DNA of 64,000 bases from Candidatus Bathyarchaeota archaeon (GCA_023488905.1 JAMDCQ010000010.1:12-64011); one strand, 5' to 3'. Shown: positions 36,371 to 47,100, counted from the first letter of the stretch. Numbers and translations: made by a program. Notes: a model not told the origin generated them from the letters alone.

Positions 36371-36882
36371 GTGCACTCTTTGCCAAAGCTTGTTGCAGTC
36401 GTCGGCGGAAAACACTCAGGCAAAACAACCGTCATCAAACACTTAATCACCGAGTTCACACGCCGCGGATACCACGTAGGCACAATCAAAGATATTGTTC
36501 GCATCCAAACCTTGGATACACCGCAAAAAGAAACCGACCGCTACAGCAAAGCCGGAGCCGAAATCAACGTAGCAGTTCCAAAAGAAGAAACGGTGATTTT
36601 CATAAGAAAGGCGGCTTAACCTACGAGATACTGCCACACCTACACGAGCTGGACTACGTCTTTTTGGAAGGTTTTGAGTCAGAAAAAGAGATACCAAAAA
36701 TTGTCGCGGCTAAAACAGCCGAAGAAGCCCAAAACTACCTTGACAACTCAACAATCGCCCTCTCAGGCATCATAACCGCCAGCGAAGAAGAAAAAAAGAA
36801 ACTCTATTCGAAAATTCCAGTAGTTAACAGTGAAAAAGAGATAGAAAAATTAGCAGATTTAGTCGAGAAAGCACTTAGGTAA
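36371..36882 (+). pseudogene. mobB: mobB (molybdopterin-guanine dinucleotide biosynthesis adapter) interrupted by a 1-nt frameshift
   Basis: ORF 36371-36619 carries the P-loop VVGGKHSGKTT. Its homologous continuation (GGLTYEILPHLHELDYVFLEGFESEKEIPKIV...) runs in another frame from about nt 36610 into ORF 36664-36882. Confidence 0.6.
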
Positions 36883-37381
36883 CGTCAATTGCCGCTACGC
36901 CGCGGACCCATCTTTGGGCGTATTGGTCGTCGCCGATGATTAGGCGCAGTGGTCCCTCGCCGCCGTCTTTAAGAACAGTTAAAGGCGCGCCGTCTTTTTG
37001 ATAGGCTATGATTGTGTTTTGGTTTTGGGCTTCTTGGAGGGTTATGGTTGTTCCGTAGCCGTCTGAAGCTTGGATGAATACTGATGTTGCGTTACTGTTT
37101 GTTTGGGCTTGGTTTAGTAGGTCATTTAGGCGGACGCCCTTGTAGTTGAAGACTCCGTTGTCCTCTTGGTGGCTGCTCGATGATAGAGTTACCTGTACGG
37201 TTACTGATGGCATCGTTTCCAGTTCAGTGAGTGATAGCGTTTTTGGGCTGTTGACGTTGCCCTTAAGTTGCAGGGAACTTGCGGGTTGCCCAGCGTCGGG
37301 TCGAGTATAATAGTAGAGGGGAACGGCTGCTACGATTAAGAGAAGAAACACTATGAGGGCAATTTTAGTTGCTTTCGTCAT
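36875..37381 (-). CDS. exported protein with one oxidoreductase molybdopterin-binding-like (SUOX/YedY-fold) domain
   Basis: LKGNVNSPKTLSLTELETMP...GVRLNDLL...ASDGYGTTITL...IIAYQKDGAPL...GPLRLIIG...RWVRGVAAIDV follows the Oxidored_molyb pattern. Start placed at MTKATK, with a TM anchor. Confidence 0.55.
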   Translation of the reverse strand: MTKATKIALIVFLLLIVAAVPLYYYTRPDAGQPASSLQLKGNVNSPKTLSLTELETMPSVTVQVTLSSSSHQEDNGVFNYKGVRLNDLLNQAQTNSNATSVFIQASDGYGTTITLQEAQNQNTIIAYQKDGAPLTVLKDGGEGPLRLIIGDDQYAQRWVRGVAAIDVT

Positions 37382-37392
37382 GCCACTCACTT

Positions 37393-38316
37393 TTAGGAGA
37401 CTGTTATTTCTGCGACCCATCTTACCCAGTTTTGACCCCACTTGAATTCTTCTGTGGGCACGAACAATCGGAAGGGTGCGCCGTCGTCGGGTAAGAGGTA
37501 AGCGCCGTTTTCTTGGTAGCCCACCAGCATGCCCGTGCTCTGTACTTGCGCTAAAGTGAATTCGCGGCTGTAACCGTCGATAGCTGTTACAGTAATTTTT
37601 GTTGCGCCTGAGGAGACGCCGCTTGCTTGCAGAATACTTTGCAATGTAACACCCGTCCAGTCTGAAGTGCGCTGGGGTTCGCCGCCGGGAGCAAACGCCG
37701 CATTCACGGTTTTTACTTCGTAATTAGTTATGTTGCTGCCTGTCAGTACCATTGGGTGGGTCACGGTGCCATTGACTGTTATGGTCCATGGGTTGAGGTT
37801 AATTTCTGCGACACTTTTAACGTTAAAGTTTGATACTAAGCCGGGTGCAATTAGTTTCAGAGGCCCCTCGGAAGTGTCGCTTATCCATTGGCCATCCTTG
37901 ACAAACGCCAAGATGAATTCGCTACCCTCGTATTGGGTGCTGTTGAAGGCTTGATAGGTGTTTATGGTACGTTTGAAGCCATCCCCTGCAATAACATCGA
38001 TGAAACCTGCACCCCATGAAGCGCCCGTTTCGTTGAGCAGATGCGTGACGGTTACACCGATGTAGGTGGCTGTTTCGCCTTTGATGGTGTGGGTCACGGT
38101 TGTAAGCGGCATCTGCGCCAAATCGGATATGCTAAGGGTTTTCTCGGTGGCGATGTCGCCTGTTACCTTCAGTTGTGCAGTTGGCGGATTACCTGTAGGC
38201 AGAAGCGGATTCGCTGAGTTGTTGTTTCCGTTTAAGTAATAGATTGACGCGGTAAGGGCAATTACGATTATGGCTACTGCAGCCAAAGCTATGATTATTT
38301 TACTGTTTTTGTTCAA
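37393..38316 (-). CDS. exported protein with two oxidoreductase molybdopterin-binding-like domains
   Basis: Two repeats end in GPLKLIAPG...VKSVAEINL and APFRLFVP...NWVRWVAEITV. A TTG at 38316, 8 nt after GGAGG, is the likely start. The ORF track extends to 38382. Confidence 0.55.
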   Translation of the reverse strand: MNKNSKIIIALAAVAIIVIALTASIYYLNGNNNSANPLLPTGNPPTAQLKVTGDIATEKTLSISDLAQMPLTTVTHTIKGETATYIGVTVTHLLNETGASWGAGFIDVIAGDGFKRTINTYQAFNSTQYEGSEFILAFVKDGQWISDTSEGPLKLIAPGLVSNFNVKSVAEINLNPWTITVNGTVTHPMVLTGSNITNYEVKTVNAAFAPGGEPQRTSDWTGVTLQSILQASGVSSGATKITVTAIDGYSREFTLAQVQSTGMLVGYQENGAYLLPDDGAPFRLFVPTEEFKWGQNWVRWVAEITVS

Positions 38317-38884
38317 GGTTTTTTCCTCCAATTCCAAGTTTTCCAATCCTAACAAGAAGCATGTTAGCGATGAACCCGCCAATGCAGCCGCTTATCGCGG
38401 CGATAACAGCCAAAAACGAGAGCACAACAAGGGGCAAAAACAGCACCAATGCACCCACCAAGACAGTTCCGACGACGTTGGCGATTGCAGAAGCGCCCAT
38501 GCAGCATCCGAGGCAGCAGGCTTTGTGTCGGGAGAGCACGAAGAAAGCGTCGATTGCTAAGCCAGGACCGAGGTAGATAACAAAGGACAGCAGCCCAAAG
38601 TTGCCGTATGGAAGCACCAGGCTGATGAGGGCTTGAATCAGTGACACCATCGTGGCGGCGCCTGTTTTGCGTATGAAACCGAAAGCCATGACGGGCCACA
38701 TCATGTAGAGACCTCCTGTGACTGCGCCTGTGGGGACGTAGAAGGCTCCGATTACTGGTCCAAGTAGAGGGTGGAGAACGTTTTTGGTTGCTAAACCTAA
38801 GGCGGCGAAGAGTGCCATCAGGACTAGGTCGACGGTTGCGATTTTTAGGTTACTGTTGTGTAGGGGTTGGTTTGGCTGGTTCAT
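38300..38884 (-). CDS. hydrophobic membrane protein, ECF-transporter S-component-like
   Basis: 194 aa with about 6 TM helices. No firm motif. First gene of the cluster with the two Mo-domain proteins. Confidence 0.4.
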   Translation of the reverse strand: MNQPNQPLHNSNLKIATVDLVLMALFAALGLATKNVLHPLLGPVIGAFYVPTGAVTGGLYMMWPVMAFGFIRKTGAATMVSLIQALISLVLPYGNFGLLSFVIYLGPGLAIDAFFVLSRHKACCLGCCMGASAIANVVGTVLVGALVLFLPLVVLSFLAVIAAISGCIGGFIANMLLVRIGKLGIGGKNLEQKQ

Positions 38885-38990
38885 CTCAGGTTCGATGTTA
38901 TAGGTTGGTAATATCGAGGAATTAAAACATTACCCCAACACAAACAACAAGAAACATCAAAACAAAACAATAAAAAGAAAAAGAGGGCAC

Positions 38991-40259
38991 TTACTGCTTG
39001 GCTAATTCCCCAAGAATCTCTTTAGCGCGATCCACACGGACTTTACGTTCCTTAACCATCCGCTCCGCCACCAACTCAATCTGCGCCCCCTTCGCGCCCG
39101 CGTTAACAGCGATGTTGCGCGCGTGCAGAGACATGTGCCCCCGCTGAATACCCTCACTTGAAAGCGCACGGAGTGCGGCGAGGTTTTGGGCTAGGCCAAC
39201 TGCGGCTAAGACTTCGGCGAATTCGTTAGCGCTTTTCACGTTTAGGATTTTCATGGCGATTCGCGCGATGGGGTGAGTTTTGACTGCGCCGCCGATTAAG
39301 CCGACAGCCATCGGCAACTCGATTGAGCCTTCCAAGTCGCCGTTTGCGTTTTTGGTCCACTTCGAGAACGACGTGTAGGCGCCGTTGAGGGCTGCGTAGG
39401 CGTGTCCGCCTGCTTCGATGGCGCGGTGGTCGTTGCCTGTGGCTAAGACGACGGCTATTATGCCGTTCATTGCGCCTTTGTTGTGGGTGGCAGCGCGGTA
39501 TGGGTCGGCTGCTGCAAACGCGGAGGCGTATGCGATGCCTTCGACGACTGCTTCTCCGCCCACGGCTTCTTTGGGTACGGTGCAGGTAGCTTTCGCGAGG
39601 CGCTTCACTGCTAGGTTCGAGATGATTCTTAGGTAGACTTGTCCACCTGTTAGTTCCTCGATCATGGGGGAAACGGCTTCAGCCATCGTGTTTACGGCGT
39701 TGGCGCCCATGGCGTCGCGGCAGTCAACGAACAATTCAACAATAAGCATCTTACCCATGGAGGTTTGAATAACTTTTGCGCATAGATCTTTTGCGCCGCC
39801 GCCGAACGAATTCAATACGGGGTCTTGTTCATTTGCCTTCTTCAAGATGTCGTTTCTAGCAGTCAATACCTTCATCTGTGCGTACTCTGCATCCTTGAGC
39901 TTGACAACTTGGATTTGCCCAATCATAACGGGGTCGGTGCTGCTGGTTTTAAATCCTCCACCGTCGCGGACCATCTTCGCGGCGTAGCTGGCGGCTGCGA
40001 TAACGCTGGGTTCCTCCGTCGCCATCGGGATGATGTAGTCTTTGCCGTTGATTTGGAAGTTTACGGCGACGCCGAGGGGTTCTGGAAAGACGCCGATGAG
40101 GTTCTCCACCATGTGATCAGCAACATCAATGGGCAAGGAGCAGGATTGCTGCAGAAGCTGCTTTTCCTCTTCGGTTAAGTCAGCAAAATCCGCGATTAGT
40201 GCTAACCGCTCTTTAGGCGGCAACTTGTAGAAGCCTGAAATAACAGATGACTTAGACAT
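38991..40259 (-). CDS. hmgA: hydroxymethylglutaryl-CoA reductase, class II type
   Basis: ENLIGVFPEPLGVAVNFQINGKDYIIPMATEEPSVIAAASYAAK and DAMGANAVN closely resemble class II (Pseudomonas mevalonii-type) blocks. 422 aa with no membrane domain. Confidence 0.88.
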   Translation of the reverse strand: MSKSSVISGFYKLPPKERLALIADFADLTEEEKQLLQQSCSLPIDVADHMVENLIGVFPEPLGVAVNFQINGKDYIIPMATEEPSVIAAASYAAKMVRDGGGFKTSSTDPVMIGQIQVVKLKDAEYAQMKVLTARNDILKKANEQDPVLNSFGGGAKDLCAKVIQTSMGKMLIVELFVDCRDAMGANAVNTMAEAVSPMIEELTGGQVYLRIISNLAVKRLAKATCTVPKEAVGGEAVVEGIAYASAFAAADPYRAATHNKGAMNGIIAVVLATGNDHRAIEAGGHAYAALNGAYTSFSKWTKNANGDLEGSIELPMAVGLIGGAVKTHPIARIAMKILNVKSANEFAEVLAAVGLAQNLAALRALSSEGIQRGHMSLHARNIAVNAGAKGAQIELVAERMVKERKVRVDRAKEILGELAKQ

Positions 40260-40336
40260 ACAGTGTCACTTTGCATGTTTCTGTTTGGTTTTGGGCTTTT
40301 AAACTTAACCGAAAACCTACCAGAAAAACTGGTGTT

Positions 40337-41416
40337 CTACAATGTTGTTTGGGGTGTGCTTCGGGGCATGGCTACCGCGGATACGCCGAGGCGTTTGCAG
40401 ATTTCTTTGGCTAATGCGTCGCCGTTGCTTCGGAAGTTGTCGGTGATGACTTGTTTGGCTTTGGTGCGCCTGACGTATTCGATTAAGCCATCAAAATCCG
40501 AGTGATCGCTCAGTGCTATGAGGTGTTCGCGGTCGCCGATTTGGCGACAGGGCTTCTGGAATTCCCAGCCGCTCACACAAAGCCGAGCGTTGTGCAGTCC
40601 CACGTGTTGGCGTTGGTTCATGTGGTAGAAGGCGACGCAGGGCAAGTTGCCGTCCAAGAGTTCATGACCTTCCTTGTCGGTGGAACGTGAGATGGGACCA
40701 AGCTGCATGCCGTGTTTTTCGCAGACTTGGGTTACTTCAAAGACGCGCTCGGGCATCACAAACGGCACTTGGACGTCGGCGTCGCGGAGCAGCTTCATGA
40801 CTTCTTGGAGTTTGCCATGATAACCAAAAACGTAGACTGCGCCGCCGCGCAACCGCTTCTCAATCATATCCACTAGCAGTTGCCGCACGTCCACATCGAA
40901 GTTGCGCCTGCAAGATGGGGTACCATAAGTTGCTTCAACCACCAAAACGTCGCAGTCAACGGCTTTGGTGCCTTCCATTCGGAAATCCCCCGACCACGCA
41001 ATGCGGATTCCGCCTGCGTCTTCGACGAGCACTTGGCATGCACCCAAAATGTGGTCAGCTTTGAGAAGGGTAATTTTTTCGTCGCCAAACTTGAAGGGCT
41101 TACCGTACTCCAAGGTTCGAACGGATTTCTGATGCAGGTTCAGTTTTTCGTCGAGTGTTTCGGCTAGGTCGCGGGTGGCTTTGGTCATGAGAACTTTTTC
41201 GCAGCACTTGACGCTTTTTCGTAGGCCACAGAGGTGGTCGGCGTGGGCATGCGTCACAACCCGCAGCGGACGCGCGTCGAAAGCGTCGCAGGCGACACTG
41301 TCCCCTAAGAGAACCGCGCCGTTCTTGGTTACAAGTGCCCGTTCCGCCACGCTTAAGCCTTCAAGTTCAGGTTCTTTCTGTTTTTTCTGCCAGCCACTCA
41401 ACCAGCTGCGGGGCAT
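40337..41416 (-). CDS. MBL-fold metallo-hydrolase, beta-CASP-like
   Basis: Has the VVTHAHADHLCG metal motif and a C-terminal LSDHSDFDGLIEYV block reminiscent of beta-CASP motif C. Confidence 0.65.
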   Translation of the reverse strand: MPRSWLSGWQKKQKEPELEGLSVAERALVTKNGAVLLGDSVACDAFDARPLRVVTHAHADHLCGLRKSVKCCEKVLMTKATRDLAETLDEKLNLHQKSVRTLEYGKPFKFGDEKITLLKADHILGACQVLVEDAGGIRIAWSGDFRMEGTKAVDCDVLVVEATYGTPSCRRNFDVDVRQLLVDMIEKRLRGGAVYVFGYHGKLQEVMKLLRDADVQVPFVMPERVFEVTQVCEKHGMQLGPISRSTDKEGHELLDGNLPCVAFYHMNQRQHVGLHNARLCVSGWEFQKPCRQIGDREHLIALSDHSDFDGLIEYVRRTKAKQVITDNFRSNGDALAKEICKRLGVSAVAMPRSTPQTTL

Positions 41417-41774
41417 TGTCGGTTTCGATTTTGAATCTTATGGGCCCCAGCGGTGACTCAGCGGTTTCTTCGGAGAAAGATACGTGCCCTGCATAGGCGA
41501 CTTGCTTGTTTAGAAAGAAGCTGATGGTGTTGCCGCGGGTGGATTTGAAGAGCAGCCGTCTGGCGGCGTCGCGGATGCGGTCGTTACGCATCATTTTGCG
41601 TAGGTTAGTGAGTGAGTCTTGCCCTTTTGCTTCTGCGAACAGGGTACTGCCCCTTTGTGCGGGTTTAACTATGATTGCGGCGTTGCATAGTACGTTGTTG
41701 ATTGCTGTCCGCACTTTTTCCTCGTCTTCGGTGGGGTTAACTTCTGCTTCTACAAAAACTGTTACTTCAACCAT
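41367..41774 (-). CDS. UPF0201-family predicted RNA-binding protein
   Basis: The N-terminus VEVTVFVEAEVNPTEDEEKVRTAINNVL matches the conserved archaeal UPF0201 pattern. Paired with a UPF0200-type kinase gene, as is usual. Confidence 0.55.
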   Translation of the reverse strand: MVEVTVFVEAEVNPTEDEEKVRTAINNVLCNAAIIVKPAQRGSTLFAEAKGQDSLTNLRKMMRNDRIRDAARRLLFKSTRGNTISFFLNKQVAYAGHVSFSEETAESPLGPIRFKIETDNAPQLVEWLAEKTERT

Positions 41775-42379
41775 TTCTGCTCTATCCTGCCAAAATTCTC
41801 CGTTACCAGCGCCTTGAAGCCTTCTATGCTGTTATCGTTAACTAGTATCTTCTCAGCCATCGCTATAACATTTCCCAAACCCACACCGAGTTCGCGCATG
41901 TCGCGTTCGTGGAAGACTTCGTAGTTTGGGGGGTCGTCGCTTCTGCCACGAAGCCTAAGCCGCTCAAACCTCACTTGCGGAGGCGCATGCACCCCCACGA
42001 GGGTAAAGCTGGCAAAGTGCTCCCTGAAAATGTCTGCTTCGTAGAGGCTTCTTAAGCCGTCGATTAGAACGCGGTTGCTGGGTTGCTGCTCGATTTTTGG
42101 AATACATTTTTTGGCTATAACATAGTTGCCTTCCTGCGCACGCAACTCCAGCATGACTTTGCCCACGTTCTGCGGCGTCGGCTCTAAACCACGCAAGCGA
42201 GTTTGCTCCCGCACCACATCACCCATCGCCACAATATCATAGCCTAACTCCTTTGCGGTTTCAACAACAAGCGATTTGCCTGAGCCGGGCATGCCGCCTA
42301 AGCCCACAACAAGTTTGACAGCGTCCACTCTCTCTAACCCTTTTTTGGTTGTATAGCAGACACCTACACTAAAAAGCAT
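41762..42379 (-). CDS. P-loop nucleotide kinase-like protein (UPF0200 / dephospho-CoA-kinase-like)
   Basis: VVGLGGMPGSGKSLVVETAKELGYDIVAMGDVVRE gives a Walker A motif and the family pattern. Confidence 0.55.
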   Translation of the reverse strand: MLFSVGVCYTTKKGLERVDAVKLVVGLGGMPGSGKSLVVETAKELGYDIVAMGDVVREQTRLRGLEPTPQNVGKVMLELRAQEGNYVIAKKCIPKIEQQPSNRVLIDGLRSLYEADIFREHFASFTLVGVHAPPQVRFERLRLRGRSDDPPNYEVFHERDMRELGVGLGNVIAMAEKILVNDNSIEGFKALVTENFGRIEQKWLK

Positions 42380-42443
42380 TTACATTACTGCCAAGAAAAA
42401 CAATTCTCGACATTCTGTGGAGTATTGACCACTTGGAGGGCTT

Positions 42444-44108
42444 TTAGCAAGGCTGGTTTTTCGGTCCTCTCAAAGCAGAGAACACCGCCGCCAAGAAGCA
42501 AAGAACCGCCGCAATAACGAAGGCGATAGTTAACGCCGACATGAAGGGCGCTGCAATCGCGTTGGGGAAGAACGTTTGCCCCTCCAGAACCGCACGGGAA
42601 GCATCGGGCAACCCCGCTGCAAGCGGCCCCATACCTTGTAGCAGTGTGCCAATCGGGTTATACCCCAAGAAAGCGGCGAAAAGCGCACCCGAAGCGGGCG
42701 TGGCGCTGAATGCGTCAGCTAGTTGCTGCGATGCGCCTGCGTTTGCGACTGCTGTGGAGAGGGCGGCGGGGAGGGTTGCGTTTAGGGATATGATTATTAT
42801 GCTGAAGAATATGGCTTGGCTGATGGTTTGTCCGCAGTTTTGCAGGGTGGAGCGCATGCCTGAGGCGGCTCCTCGGTGCTCGGCGGGGCAGCTGTTCATG
42901 ACGGATGCCATGTTTGGAGACATGAAGATGCCGTTTCCGAGACCCATGATGAGCAGTATCAGCGCGAAGGGGAAGTATTCAAAGTTAGCTGGTAGCAATG
43001 TGAAGAGCAGAAACGTTATGCCTGTGATTATCATGCCTGCTGTTGCGAGCACTCTTGCGCCGTGTTTGTCGGAGAGCCAGCCGCTTAAGGGTCCAGTGAT
43101 GGCGATGCCGATGGACATGGGAATCATAAATATGCCTGCCCAGAAAGGCGAATCCTCATAGGTGTAGCCGTGAAGCGGTAGCCAGATCCCCTGCAGTAGC
43201 ACAACTAGCATAATCATGACGCCGCCTCTTGACATCGAACTGAGGAAGGTGGCGACGTTGCCTGCGGCGAAGGTGCGGTTCTTGAAGAGGTCAAGGCGGA
43301 ACATGGGGTCCTCTACGCGGCGTTCTATGAATGGAAACGCCATCAACAAGGCCGCGCCTACAGCTAAAGAAGCAACAACGAAGGGGTTACTCCAGCCCAT
43401 CGGCGAGGCACCGTAAGGCGTCAACCCATAAGTGATGCCTAACAGAATCAGGGTTAAGCCGCCGCCGAAGCAGATGTTACCCCAGATGTCAAGTTTCTGT
43501 TTCTTTCGTGTTACATGTTGCTCTTTTAGTTTCCAATAAGACCAAACCGTGCCGACTACCCCGACTGGGACACTGACCAAAAAGACCAGCCGCCAATCAT
43601 AAACCGCCAAAACACCACCTAAGACTAAGCCGATTAGTGAGCCTGCGAGGAACGCTAACTGGTTTATGCCCAAGGCTTTGCCGCGTTCGTTTTCGGGAAA
43701 AGCGTCAGTTATGATGGCTCCACTGTTGGAGAAAAGGAAAGCTGCGCCGACGCCCTGTATGATGCGGAAAACTATGAGTTCGATGGCGCCTGCATCGCCC
43801 GTGTGAGGTGTTATGGAGAGCAGGATTGAGCCGACGGTGAATATGGCGAAGCCCAGATTGTAGAGGCGCACTCTGCCGTAGATGTCTGAGAGGCGCCCAA
43901 AAGTCACCAGGAGCACCGCGGTTACGATGCTGTAGCCAAACATAACCCAGAGCAGGTATTGGAAGCTGGTGAAGGGGTCTATGTTTATGCCTCTAAAAAT
44001 CGATGGCAAAGCAATCAAAACGATGGTCATGTCGATGGATGCCATCAGCATGCCAAGGGTCGTGTTTGAGAGTGCTACCCATTTGTATTGTACCATAAAT
44101 TTAGTCAT
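42444..44108 (-). CDS. MFS transporter, DHA2 (14-TM EmrB/QacA-like) family
   Basis: 554 aa with about 14 TM helices. GRLSDIYGRVRLY is MFS motif A. N-terminal W.ALSNTTLGMLMASID pattern. Confidence 0.85.
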   Translation of the reverse strand: MTKFMVQYKWVALSNTTLGMLMASIDMTIVLIALPSIFRGINIDPFTSFQYLLWVMFGYSIVTAVLLVTFGRLSDIYGRVRLYNLGFAIFTVGSILLSITPHTGDAGAIELIVFRIIQGVGAAFLFSNSGAIITDAFPENERGKALGINQLAFLAGSLIGLVLGGVLAVYDWRLVFLVSVPVGVVGTVWSYWKLKEQHVTRKKQKLDIWGNICFGGGLTLILLGITYGLTPYGASPMGWSNPFVVASLAVGAALLMAFPFIERRVEDPMFRLDLFKNRTFAAGNVATFLSSMSRGGVMIMLVVLLQGIWLPLHGYTYEDSPFWAGIFMIPMSIGIAITGPLSGWLSDKHGARVLATAGMIITGITFLLFTLLPANFEYFPFALILLIMGLGNGIFMSPNMASVMNSCPAEHRGAASGMRSTLQNCGQTISQAIFFSIIIISLNATLPAALSTAVANAGASQQLADAFSATPASGALFAAFLGYNPIGTLLQGMGPLAAGLPDASRAVLEGQTFFPNAIAAPFMSALTIAFVIAAVLCFLAAVFSALRGPKNQPC

Positions 44109-44192
44109 CTGAGCTGGATTGGGAATTTTTTGCTAAAAAGGCGGGGGATTTATAAAAAGTTTGTTGGGGAACAAACCTGTTCCCATATTGGT

Positions 44193-47100
44193 CTATTCGA
44201 TTTTTGGTTCTGGTTGGGGCTGTTCTTGGGGTTGGTTGTCTTCGAAGTGTTTTATGCGTTGCAGGCGTTTTATGGGGTTGTACCAGTTCCATTTGCCAAA
44301 CACTGACATCACCGCGGGCACAAGGTAGGTTCGCACCACCAACGCATCGATGAGGATGCTGAAAGCGAATGCGAAACCCATCTCTTTCATCATCATGTTG
44401 CTTGAAAGCATCAAAGCACCAAGCGACCCTGCAAGGATGACGGCTGCAGCTGTAATGATGCCGCCTGTTTGTTGAACTGCGTGTACGATGGCGTCGTTTA
44501 GGCTTTGTCCTTTAGCGGCTTCTTCACGTATGCGGGTTAGGATGAATATGTTGTAGTCCATGCCTAAACCAAGCAGCAGCACGAAGAGGATTAGCGGCGT
44601 TATGAATAGTAAGCCGTAGCCGAATACGCTTTGGAATACTACTACAGTAATTGCAAGCGTCCAGACGATGCTCATGAGCACTGAGAGAACTGCGAAGACA
44701 GGCAGAATCAATGAACCCAACACGAAGAACAGCACTAAGCCGACGCCTAAAGCCACGATTGGTAGAATCTGGTTAAACTGGTTCTGGAAAGTTACTCTTG
44801 TATCAAGGGTGGCGCCTGTTGTTCCATCCACATAGATGCCTGTTATGTTCGCAGTGCCGTCGTAGGTTGCATGTAGAGAGTCACGGAGTGCTTGGGCGTA
44901 GTTCATGGCTTCCGTTGAGTAGGGGTCTACAGTGAATTGCACGGTTATCAGCGCTGACTGGTTATCTGCGCCTATGGTATCGATTATGCCGCTGTAGGTG
45001 GTTGAGTCGGTTTCGTTTGTGATGGTTCGGTAATCTACTGCTTCGCCAAACGGCATCGTGGGCCCAGTAACTTGATGGATACCTCCACTGCTTGCTATAC
45101 CAGATGACATGCTCTGCAACGTCGCCATTTCACCCAAATTAAACCCACCATTGTTCACTATGGGGTTCTCGAAAGTTACGACGACGTATGTTGGCATCAG
45201 CCTGCCGCCGCCAAAGGAGTCAGTGAGAGCGTTGGAAGCGGCAACCGATTCTAAATTGCCGGATGCGCTACCCAAGAGGTTGTATGTCGGCGTCGTGGTT
45301 GCATAGACATAGAATGTAGGCACCGTAACTAAGACCGCGATGAGTATGATTACTTTGCCGTGTTTCACTGAGAATGCTCCGCTTCTTGCGAAGTAGCCGC
45401 CTCTGCGTTGGTTCTTTTCTTTTATGCTTTTGGCGTAGCGTTCGAATCGTTCGCCAGAGTTGGGCCAGAAGATTCTGTCTCCTAAAATTGCTGTGAGTGC
45501 TGGTGCAACAGTTAAGGAAGCAAGCAATGTAACGATGACGCCTAAGCCGACGATGATACCCATCGTTTGCATCATAACCATCGAGGTGGCTGAAAGCGCG
45601 AGGAATGAGATGATGACGGTTGCGCCGCTGGTTACGATGCTTTCGCCTGCCCAAGTGATGGATTTCTTGATTGCTTCAAACAGGGGCAGTTTGTTAATTC
45701 TTTCCTCTCGGTGACGGGCTACGATGAAAATGCTGTAGTCTGTGCCCACCCCGATGAGTACCGTTAAGAGTACAGTGGTTACAGTGTAGTCCACTTGGTT
45801 TAAGTATGTACCCACCAGGTAGGGGAAAATCTGAGAAACACCAAGCCCCACACCTATCGTGCCCAAAGTGATGATTGGGGTGACGATGGAGCGGAAAAAC
45901 AGTGCAGTAGCAATTACCAGAAGCGCAATTGTAACTGGAAGGATAAGTTCAAGGTCCTGATTGGTGGATTGCCCAAAGTCGTAGTTTAAAGCGTCATTCC
46001 CTGTAACTTGGGCTGAAGTTACGTCTGTGGGGTTTTGAACTAATTTTTCTGCGATGATTTCCCGTATCGCTAAGAGGTTAGCGTTATCCGAGTTCTCAAA
46101 AGTGATTGAGACCAAAGTAACGTCATTTGCGGGTGAAACAAACGATGTGATCAAAGATTTGAAGGGCTGCCCAATGTTGAAGGCATCAGGGTTAGAAACA
46201 ACTTGGGAAGCTAAAGTTCTAATCGCACTCTCTGTTGCGTTTTCACCCATATCATAGATGGCTTCGACCAATTCTTCAGACAGGCTGGATTCGTTAGCGA
46301 CGTAGTTGATGGTTAGGTTTTTGATTTTAGCGTTTGTATCGGCAGTGTTGCCGTTTAGGTAGTCCTGCAGTTTTAGGGTTGAAGCGATTTGGTTGGCAAA
46401 GTCTGTTTCTGTGGCGTTTAAGTAGGTAGCGATGAATTGGGCGTTGGCTATGTCAGCGGCTGTGGAGGCGGTGCTGTTAATCCATGTTGGGGAGGGTATT
46501 GGAAGCGTTGGAACTCTTCTTGTCCAAGAAGCATTAAAGAGATCCAATAGGTGGGAAGTGTAATCGTTGAAGGATGACTCATCGATGTCTTTGAGTATCT
46601 TCTCTGTTTGCTCGTAAGAGACACTGTTGAATGTGGGTATGAATTTGGTCATGCCAAACTGTTCAGGATACCAAATAACCTCATTGGCGAGGTATGAGAG
46701 GGCAAAAGAGGAGGGTGATTTACCCAAGTCGTAGGCGGCTCTAACGAAGGAGGGGGCTGAATTTGCCTGATTGGCGACGTAATTTACTGAAAAGTCACAT
46801 AGTTGCGCGTTGTTTTGTTCCTGAGTGTTATACATGAAGTGATCAAGTGTGAAAGCTTGGGTTAAAGCGGTAACGAAGGCTTTCATGGTTGCGTTACCTG
46901 CTAAGGCAGTGTTGATGTATTGTTGGTTGGTGATGTTTGCAGCAAAAGATGCCCTAACTGCGGTGGGTAAAGCTTGGGTTTCGGGGTTCTGGAAGGTGCC
47001 CACCCAGGTAGCGTTGAACACGTACAGCAAAGGAGCGGTGTATTGGTCGTATGAGGCGGGGTCGGCTTGTTGAAGTATGGCGGCTGTTTGAGTGTATGCC

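Noticed and set aside
42541-43161. 206-aa ORF antisense to the MFS transporter
   Set aside because: This is a shadow ORF inside a well-supported 14-TM transporter gene, with no motifs.
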